This document shows positions 57,583-64,000 of a stretch of 64,000 nt of DNA, in pieces. Position 1 is the stretch's first letter, and every line of letters begins with the position of its first letter. A model generated the notes under the pieces. That model worked only from the letters and a program-made list of their open reading frames with translations. It had not been told where the DNA came from and did not search any database. Source of the stretch: an uncultured Bacilli bacterium (lineage in GTDB: Bacteria; Bacillota_I; Bacilli_A; RF39; UBA660); the NCBI GenBank assembly GCA_934096105.1, contig CAKOLH010000004.1, positions 2,494-66,493 on the forward strand, given 5' to 3'. Made by a program: the position numbers and the translations under genes.

Positions 57583-57950
57583 AAAAATTTATTAGTACTC
57601 TAATTGAACATTATGCAGAGACTTTTCCTCTGTGGCTTAATCCAATACAAATTAATGTTATTCCAGTAAATAATGAATATCATTTAGAATATGCTAACGA
57701 AGTAGTAGAAGAACTTAGAAATAAAGGCTTTAGAGTAGAATTAGATGCTAGAGATGAAAAAATGGGATATAAGATTAGAGAATCACAAACTAAAAAGATT
57801 CCATTAACTCTAATTATTGGAGATCAAGAAAAAGATAATAATACTATTAGTTATAGAAAATTTGGCAGTCAAGCAACAATTACCAAAAAAACATTTGAGT
57901 TTATAAATGAATTAAATGAATGCTTAAAATCAAAGAAAAATAATTTATAA
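57552..57950 (+). pseudogene. thrS: 3' remnant of threonine--tRNA ligase (anticodon-binding domain only)
   Basis: KFISTLIEHYAETFPLWLNPIQINVIPV...GFRVELDARDEKMGYKIRESQTKKIPLTLIIGDQE matches the ThrRS C-terminus ([21 protein letters not shown]..VIP). There is no catalytic core, only a TTG start and no RBS. Homology begins at the stop of the preceding gene. Confidence 0.6.
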
Positions 57951-57971
57951 TTTGCTGGAGGAGATGATAAA

Positions 57972-58475
57972 ATGAAATTGAATATAAGAAAAGCAGTGGC
58001 TTCTGATGTTGAAAGTATCGCAATGATTAATATTAGTAGTTGGCAAAAAACATATAAAGATATTTTTCCTTCTGATTTTTTAAATGGATTATCTGACAAA
58101 AAAAATCTAGATAATGTCATAATCCGTATGGAAGAAAATATTAAAAGTAACAATAGTTATTTAGTTGCAGAATCTAATAATCAAATTGTTGGTTTCTGCA
58201 AAATGGGTCCGTCTACAAAAGAAAATTATAAAAATTGTGGTGAAATTATGGCATTATATGTTAAGAATGAGGCAATAAAAAAAGGAATTGGAAAACAATT
58301 GTTTTTAGAAGCTAACAAACTATTAAAAGAAGTTTATGAATATAATGTAGTAAGTTGCATAAAAGAAAACAGTTCAAATGAATTTTATAAAAAAGTTGGA
58401 TGCAAATTTCTTGAAGAATGTGATTTTAATTTAAAAAATACTATTTATAAAGAAAATTTGTATAAATGTCCTTAA
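57972..58475 (+). CDS. GNAT family N-acetyltransferase
   Basis: IVGFCKMG...ALYVKNEAIKKGIGKQLF (acetyl-CoA binding R/Q-x-x-G-x-G/A-like). Confidence 0.8.
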   Translation: MKLNIRKAVASDVESIAMINISSWQKTYKDIFPSDFLNGLSDKKNLDNVIIRMEENIKSNNSYLVAESNNQIVGFCKMGPSTKENYKNCGEIMALYVKNEAIKKGIGKQLFLEANKLLKEVYEYNVVSCIKENSSNEFYKKVGCKFLEECDFNLKNTIYKENLYKCP

Positions 58476-58536
58476 TGATAAATCTAAGTTTGAATTTAAA
58501 GCTAAAAAGTGTTACAAAATATTGTTAATAACATTT

Positions 58537-58569
58537 AAAGGAGACAATAAAAGTATTCGTCTCCTTTTA
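58537..58569 (+). terminator. Intrinsic terminator ending the rel-to-GNAT operon
   Basis: AAAGGAGAC ... GTCTCCTTT then TT. Confidence 0.8.
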
Positions 58570-58571
58570 TT

Positions 58572-58602
58572 AAAAAAAACAGGTTATAGAGCCTGTTTTT
58601 TT
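58572..58602. terminator. Bidirectional terminator
   Basis: AAAAAAAACAGG-ttatagag-CCTGTTTTTTTT. Confidence 0.75.
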
Positions 58603-59020
58603 ATATGCATTCAACAACTGTATCATCTAGACATCTTAGTATGCAGCAGCATCCTAAATTAATAGTAAAGAATGAGTTTGTAGCTTCGTATGGAAATACA
58701 CTAGTCTCATCAGTATTAGGTGCAAGTACTCTGCAAGTAGCACAGCAGCCATCTAATTTTTCTAGTCTAAAGACAGTACTTGTAGTAGTAATACTTGGAT
58801 CTTTACTAATTGGCATTGCTAATGGAGTACTTCCTCCTGAACAAGTATATAACTGAATAGGTCTAGTGTTGTAACAGAAACTACTATTTTGTCCTAAGAA
58901 GCCTCTATCACAAGTCTCTAGGCAGCAGTCATTTTGACATACACTTTGCTGAAGTATAAGGATAACTTTAAGGATATCCGCGATGCAATTCTCGCAAGTA
59001 TTATTTTCATTATTACACAT
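58601..59020 (-). CDS. Cys-rich spore coat/exosporium protein, CotZ/CotY/ExsY family
   Basis: Start at MCNNENN after AAGGGGTGGA. VFRLEKLDGCCATCRVL and TINLGCCCILRCLD parallel B. subtilis CotZ FFRVERVHGSCATLSLL and VDLDCFCAINCLN. Confidence 0.7.
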   Translation of the reverse strand: MCNNENNTCENCIADILKVILILQQSVCQNDCCLETCDRGFLGQNSSFCYNTRPIQLYTCSGGSTPLAMPISKDPSITTTSTVFRLEKLDGCCATCRVLAPNTDETSVFPYEATNSFFTINLGCCCILRCLDDTVVECI

Positions 59021-59140
59021 ATAATCCACCCCTTTTTTGTATTCAATATAACTTATGACAAAAGTAAATAAAAATGCACTACGAATACCTATATAATCTA
59101 ATATTTTCATAAATTTTAATTATAAATCATATATATTAAT

Positions 59141-59392
59141 ATGAAAAAATTAAAATTAGTTAGATCAATAGATAATTATGTTAATGATAAAAAATTTAGT
59201 ATATTATATAAAAACAACAAACTAGATATTATTAATTATACTAAAATATTAGATTTCTCAGACACTAAAATTAGTATTAGTTACCTAGATAGTAAATATA
59301 TAATAATAGGTACTAATCTAGTTATATCTAAAATGCTTGAAGAAGAAGTATTAATAACTGGTAATATTGAAGGTATTTCTTTTAATAAATAG
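59141..59392 (+). CDS. yqfC: Sporulation protein YqfC (YabP family)
   Basis: 83 aa, ...IINYTKILDFSDTKISI...IIGTNLVISKMLEEEVLITGNIEGISF. It directly precedes yqfD. Confidence 0.75.
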   Translation: MKKLKLVRSIDNYVNDKKFSILYKNNKLDIINYTKILDFSDTKISISYLDSKYIIIGTNLVISKMLEEEVLITGNIEGISFNK

Positions 59393-59406
59393 AAAGAGTT
59401 GATATT

Positions 59407-60594
59407 ATGAAAGAAAAAATATTTAGAATATTTTCTAGTAATATTAAAATTAGAGTTAGTGGTAGAAATATTAATAATTTTATTAAGAGAATAATAAAAA
59501 ATAATATCAAGATAGTTAAGTTGACTCCAAGAAGTCATAAAGAAGTAGATTTAATAATTGATTATAATGATTTAGAAGAAATAGAAAAATATAAAACTAT
59601 TTATGATATTAAAATAGTTAGGTATTATGGAAAACTTCATATAATTAAATTCTTAAAAAAGAATAGATTTATTTTATTATTCTTATTACTTGGTATGATA
59701 ATAGTATTTATATTATCCAATATGATATTTAATGTTGAAGTAATACATTCAAATAGTAAAATAATTAAACTGGTAACTGAAGAGTTAAAAGATCGTGGTA
59801 TTAAGAAATATGCTTTCGCTAAAAGTTATAGTGAAGTAGAAAAAATAGAAAAAGAAATACTTAATAATAATAAAGATAATTTAGAATGGCTTGAGATAAT
59901 AAGAAATGGTACTAAATATACTGTTAGAGTAGAAGAGAGAATTATTAATAAAGAAATAGATGATAACAAAAACTATGATATAGTCTCTTCAAAAAATGCT
60001 GTCATTAGGGTTATTGAAGCAGAGTCAGGTGAAAAAGTACGAGATATTAATACTTATGTTAAAAAAGGTGAAACTATAATATCAGCATATATTACTACTC
60101 CAAGTGAAGAGAGGATACTAAGTACTGCAAGAGGAAAGGTAATTGGAGAAGTTTGGTATACAATAGATATAAATTATCCATATTATCATCATGAAGTAAA
60201 ATATACTGGTAATAAGAAAAAAGTACTAGTATTTAACTTTATTAATAAAAGAATATCATTATTTGACTTTAAAAAGTATAAAACTTTTGACAAGAATATA
60301 AAAAATATATTTTATAATAATGTAACTCCAATATCATTAAATTATGAATATCAATATGAAACTGAAGTAACTAATGATATATATACTAAAGAAGAAGCTA
60401 AGAATAAAGCGGTAGAGACCGCTAAAGAGAAGCTGCTGCTTAAATATAGTAATATTAAAGAAGTAAAAGATGTTACTATTGTCAATGAGATAAGTAATGA
60501 TGAACAACTTAATTTAACCTTATTTGTCAAGACTTATGAAGATATTACTAAATATAGAGAAGTTATTATTAATGAAGAAGACACTACGAGTTAG
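59407..60594 (+). CDS. yqfD: Stage IV sporulation protein YqfD
   Basis: 395 aa, IKIRVSGRNINNFIKRIIKNNIKIVKL N-terminus, a central TM helix, and gene order after yqfC. Confidence 0.75.
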   Translation: MKEKIFRIFSSNIKIRVSGRNINNFIKRIIKNNIKIVKLTPRSHKEVDLIIDYNDLEEIEKYKTIYDIKIVRYYGKLHIIKFLKKNRFILLFLLLGMIIVFILSNMIFNVEVIHSNSKIIKLVTEELKDRGIKKYAFAKSYSEVEKIEKEILNNNKDNLEWLEIIRNGTKYTVRVEERIINKEIDDNKNYDIVSSKNAVIRVIEAESGEKVRDINTYVKKGETIISAYITTPSEERILSTARGKVIGEVWYTIDINYPYYHHEVKYTGNKKKVLVFNFINKRISLFDFKKYKTFDKNIKNIFYNNVTPISLNYEYQYETEVTNDIYTKEEAKNKAVETAKEKLLLKYSNIKEVKDVTIVNEISNDEQLNLTLFVKTYEDITKYREVIINEEDTTS

Positions 60595-60647
60595 TGTTTT
60601 TTATTTGACATTTTATTTGTAAAATAATTTTTTTGTAGAAAAAAGTC

Positions 60648-60675
60648 TTGTAAAAGATAAAATTAATGTTATAAT
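60648..60675 (+). promoter_or_regulatory. Putative promoter of the surface-protein/sortase locus
   Basis: TTGTAA, 16 nt, then the extended -10 TGTTATAAT. Confidence 0.5.
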
Positions 60676-60734
60676 TGAATTGTAGGGTAGGAGAAGTGAG
60701 CTACTCAAAAAATAAGAAAAGGAGAAAGAAAAAA

Positions 60735-62276
60735 ATGAAAAAGAAATTATTATTTCTAGTGGCAGCGCTTGCATTATTTGTTCCTAGTGTAATGGCTGCT
60801 GAAAAAACTGCTGGTACAGAAGAAGAATTAACTAAAGCGTTTTCTGAAACTGCTACTGGTGATACAATTAAATTAACTGCAGATATTGATTCTACTAATC
60901 ATTTGCCACTTACTGATGGTAGAAAGTTAACAATTAATTTAAATGGGCATAATTTAAATTTTACTAATGGTAAAACATTGTTTGTTGTAAGCGGCGAATT
61001 AACAATTACAGGAAAAGGAACCGTTAATTTGAATGACTTATATATTAATGTTTGGGGAATTGAAGAAAGTACATCAAAAGAGAAGTCTATTTTAAATGTA
61101 GAAAAGGATGTTACTATTAAGGGTTCTACGGGTATTGCAATATATGAATCTGAAAACAATGCTTATAATACTGAAGTTAATTTTGCAGGAACAATTATAG
61201 CAGAAGACTATGGTATTACAACAAACGGAAAAATTAAAAACGAAAATGGTCCAGTAGTAAATATTAAAAAAGGTTCTGTTATAACTGCTACTGGAAATGA
61301 TGGTATTGCTGTATATTGTGCAGGCAATGGTACTTATAATATTGAAGATGGTGTAAAACTTACTGGTGCTACTGGTATTGAAGTTAGATCTGGTAAATTA
61401 AATGTTAAAGGTGGAACAATTACTGGTACTGCTAAAAAATTAGTATCAGAAGCAAACAGCAAAGGTGCTACTACTGCTGGTGCTGGTATAGCTGTTGTAC
61501 AACATACTACACAATTACCTATTGAAGTTAATATTACAGGTGGTACTATTACTGGTGCTGAAGCTTTATATGTAAATAATACTCAAGGAAATCCTACTAC
61601 AGCATGGGCTAAAGTTAATGTTACAGTAACTGGTGGAACATTTAATACAGATGTTGCAAAATTTGTTGGAGATAAATATGTAGTTAACAAAAATGGTAAC
61701 ACATATGCAGTAGTAGAAAATAAAGTATTAGAAACTAATGATGAAAAAGTTATTTTTGAAAGTGAAGAAGCTATTAGAAATGATTTAAGTTTAAAAGTAA
61801 CTGAAAAAAATGATGATGAAATTAAAAAAGGTACTGAAAAAGTTACTGAAGCATATAAAGATAATAAAAAAGTAAAAGAAGTTAAATTAATTAATTTATA
61901 TGAAATTGATGTTTTAAATGGTGATGATAGAATTGAAAAATTAGAAAATGGTAAATTTACAATTGCCATTGCAATTCCTGAAAGTGAGCAAAAATATGAT
62001 TCTTATAAAGTAGTATATTTTGATGAAGAAGGAAAATTAGTTGAAACATTAGATGCTAAATTAGAAAATGGTAAAGTAGTATTTACTACATCTCACTTAA
62101 GTACTTATGGTGTCGTTGGATATAATAATGTTACTGAAACACCTACTGAAACTAAACCTGAAAAGAATCCAACTACTTCAGATATCAACTTAGCATTAAT
62201 TATTAGTGCAATAGTAATAAGTACTATTGGTGTAGTTATTACTTCAAAAAAAATATCTGCTAAAGTAACTAGATAA
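60735..62276 (+). CDS. Secreted beta-helix-like surface protein with a candidate sortase-B sorting signal
   Basis: Signal peptide MKKKLLFLVAALALFVPSVMA. Repeated GxxGIxV/TGG(T)ITG strands. C-terminus is NPTTS, then a hydrophobic helix, then a KKISAKVTR tail. Confidence 0.75.
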   Translation: MKKKLLFLVAALALFVPSVMAAEKTAGTEEELTKAFSETATGDTIKLTADIDSTNHLPLTDGRKLTINLNGHNLNFTNGKTLFVVSGELTITGKGTVNLNDLYINVWGIEESTSKEKSILNVEKDVTIKGSTGIAIYESENNAYNTEVNFAGTIIAEDYGITTNGKIKNENGPVVNIKKGSVITATGNDGIAVYCAGNGTYNIEDGVKLTGATGIEVRSGKLNVKGGTITGTAKKLVSEANSKGATTAGAGIAVVQHTTQLPIEVNITGGTITGAEALYVNNTQGNPTTAWAKVNVTVTGGTFNTDVAKFVGDKYVVNKNGNTYAVVENKVLETNDEKVIFESEEAIRNDLSLKVTEKNDDEIKKGTEKVTEAYKDNKKVKEVKLINLYEIDVLNGDDRIEKLENGKFTIAIAIPESEQKYDSYKVVYFDEEGKLVETLDAKLENGKVVFTTSHLSTYGVVGYNNVTETPTETKPEKNPTTSDINLALIISAIVISTIGVVITSKKISAKVTR

Positions 62277-62282
62277 TATTTA

Positions 62283-62306
62283 AAGAGGAATTTTCCTCTT
62301 TTTTCT
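62283..62306 (+). terminator. Intrinsic terminator
   Basis: AAGAGG-aatttt-CCTCTT then a T-run. Confidence 0.7.
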
Positions 62307-62361
62307 TTTATTACCTTGTAAATATTTTAAATTATTAGTATAATTAATATGGTGATAGTAT

Positions 62362-63357
62362 TTGAATAAAGAATATAATAATTATAATCAAGATAACGAA
62401 TATACTCCAAGGCATGCAAGTAATTCTTATCAAAATAGTACAAGTGATTTAATTATAGATAATGGTTTAAACTACACAAGTACTAATGATGATAATATTT
62501 TAGATACAATAAATAATGATAGAAATGGCAGAAAGAAAAAAAGAAAAAAGAAAAAACATACTACTTGGCTTTTTGTAATATTATTTTCTATATTTATATC
62601 TATAATAGTATTTTGTCTAATTAAAATATTTATTTGGGGTAAAGATAATAAAGATACTTCTAAAGTAATAAATGATATTACTAATGCGGTTAATGTTACT
62701 TTGAGAGATGATGACGATAATACAGAATTAGTTAATGATACTAATGAAGAAGAAACTAGTGATTATTGGTATTATATAAAGTTTCCTTTAATAGATGTAG
62801 ATATAACTGAATTAAAAGAAAAGAATTCAGATACTGTAGGCTGGATTAATGTAAATAATACTAATATAAACTATCCATTTGTGCAGGGTAAAGATAACTC
62901 TTATTATTTATCCCATTCCTTTGATAAAAAATATAATGAAGCAGGATGGGTATTCTTAGACTATAGAAATAGCAAAGACTTAAATAATAAAAATACTATT
63001 TTATATGCTCATAGTAGACTTGATAAAACTATGTTTGGATCTCTTTCAAAGGTATTAAAATCATCTTGGTATAATAATAAAGATAATCATATTATTAGAT
63101 TATCTACAGATACTGAAAATACTTTGTGGCAGATATTCTCAGTATACAAAATACCTGAAGAGAGTTATTATATTACTACTAATTTTAATACTAATGAAGA
63201 ATATAGTAAGTTTTTAAATACTATAAAACAAAGAAGCATCCATAACTTTAATACTAATTTAGATACTAATGATAAAATACTTACTCTTAGTACTTGTTAC
63301 TCAGATACTGAAAGAACAGTAGTTCATGCTAAATTAATTAAGAGGAGCCCTAAGTAA
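62362..63357 (+). CDS. srtB: Class B sortase with a long N-terminal cytoplasmic/TM extension
   Basis: TVGWINVNNTNINYPFVQGKDNSYYLSHSFD, ILYAHS (His), LTLSTC (Cys) and a downstream conserved Arg region. TTG start after GGTGAT. Confidence 0.8.
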   Translation: MNKEYNNYNQDNEYTPRHASNSYQNSTSDLIIDNGLNYTSTNDDNILDTINNDRNGRKKKRKKKKHTTWLFVILFSIFISIIVFCLIKIFIWGKDNKDTSKVINDITNAVNVTLRDDDDNTELVNDTNEEETSDYWYYIKFPLIDVDITELKEKNSDTVGWINVNNTNINYPFVQGKDNSYYLSHSFDKKYNEAGWVFLDYRNSKDLNNKNTILYAHSRLDKTMFGSLSKVLKSSWYNNKDNHIIRLSTDTENTLWQIFSVYKIPEESYYITTNFNTNEEYSKFLNTIKQRSIHNFNTNLDTNDKILTLSTCYSDTERTVVHAKLIKRSPK

Positions 63358-63370
63358 AGGAGATAGATGA

Positions 63371-63898
63371 ATGAAAAAATATCAAAAGATTATATTTATT
63401 TGTATGACTTTAATTATAGTTGTACTTGGTGTATTTCTAATTATAGAAAGAAATGAATTAAAAGATAAATGTACCAACAATAGTGTAATTACTCCAAATA
63501 ATAAAAACAAGAATACAGAAGAGTTAAACTATGATTGTAGTTTTACTCAAACTTGGAAAGTATATAATCTACTTGAGGATTATACCGGTCATCATCCTGA
63601 TGTTTCATATGTAATATTAGAAAAGTTTCAAACCACTATTCCATATTCACATATAATACCATCTAACTTAAAATCTAAGTTAGAACAAGGTAAATATTAT
63701 GAGTTTACATATCATATTAAAGGTAAAGGCAATATAAATGATATCAATGACATAACAGATAAAATAATACCTGAAGATAATGTTAAAACAAACCAAAGCA
63801 ATTTAATAGTAACACTTAGTATAAAAGAAACTGCTAAGGAGGGACTTGAACAACTTCAAGAACCAATATGTAGTGGTACTCCTATAACAAATGAATAA
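63371..63898 (+). CDS. Membrane-anchored protein of unknown function
   Basis: N-terminal TM helix. AAGGAG RBS. Follows the sortase gene. Confidence 0.55.
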   Translation: MKKYQKIIFICMTLIIVVLGVFLIIERNELKDKCTNNSVITPNNKNKNTEELNYDCSFTQTWKVYNLLEDYTGHHPDVSYVILEKFQTTIPYSHIIPSNLKSKLEQGKYYEFTYHIKGKGNINDINDITDKIIPEDNVKTNQSNLIVTLSIKETAKEGLEQLQEPICSGTPITNE

Positions 63899-63904
63899 AT
63901 TGAG

Positions 63905-63939
63905 AACTGGTCGTGACCCGTAGGGTTGCGGCCAGTTTT
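63905..63939 (+). terminator. GC-rich intrinsic terminator
   Basis: AACTGGTCG...CGGCCAGTT with an inner ACCC-gta-GGGT stem, then TTTT. Confidence 0.75.
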
Positions 63940-64000
63940 GTAATTAGTTATGATTATATTATATATTATTTTTATTACAACACTTTTAGGTATAATAATT

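Overview
Very AT-rich Bacillota (Firmicutes) chromosomal segment read with the standard code. Gene content suggests a spore-former: CotF-like, CotZ/ExsY-like, yqfC and yqfD are present. About half the window is conserved backbone. This comprises xerC/D-like, tdk, a VanY-type peptidase and the complete S10-spc-alpha ribosomal cluster (rpsJ to rplQ, including secY, adk, map, infA, rpmJ and rpoA). It also includes glmS behind a glmS ribozyme, thyA-folA-tmk, fmt, addB/addA, tRNA-Thr(CGU), clpB, mscL, frr, T-box-pheST, asnS and a sortase B locus. The clearest accessory element is a complete diversity-generating retroelement (DGR) at about 18.1-22.3 kb. It has a surface-protein target gene whose GC-rich 3' end is a variable repeat, and a template repeat 369 nt downstream that differs almost only at adenines. 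These are followed by two small MutS-domain-I-like ORFs, an Avd-like ORF and a DGR-type reverse transcriptase. Other non-standard content is listed below.
- A conserved roughly 230-nt leader is shared by the DGR-target operon and a paralogous BspA/DUF285 LRR surface-protein gene; one copy carries a G9 tract.
- A dispersed roughly 100-nt intergenic repeat family has covarying hairpin stems (5 clear copies).
- Two tandem HExxH proteins and a mini-kinase sit next to the DGR.
- Three extra ORFs are wedged between addB and addA.
- An operon at 51.5-58.6 kb starts with a Cys-Cys-Cys leader ORF plus terminator. It then encodes a C-terminally short Rel homologue, a HAD-nucleotidase/HIT-like fusion, a viperin-like radical SAM enzyme overlapping asnS, an S51 peptidase, a thrS 3' remnant and a GNAT.

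All calls come from reading the sequence and the supplied translations. No database search was possible.
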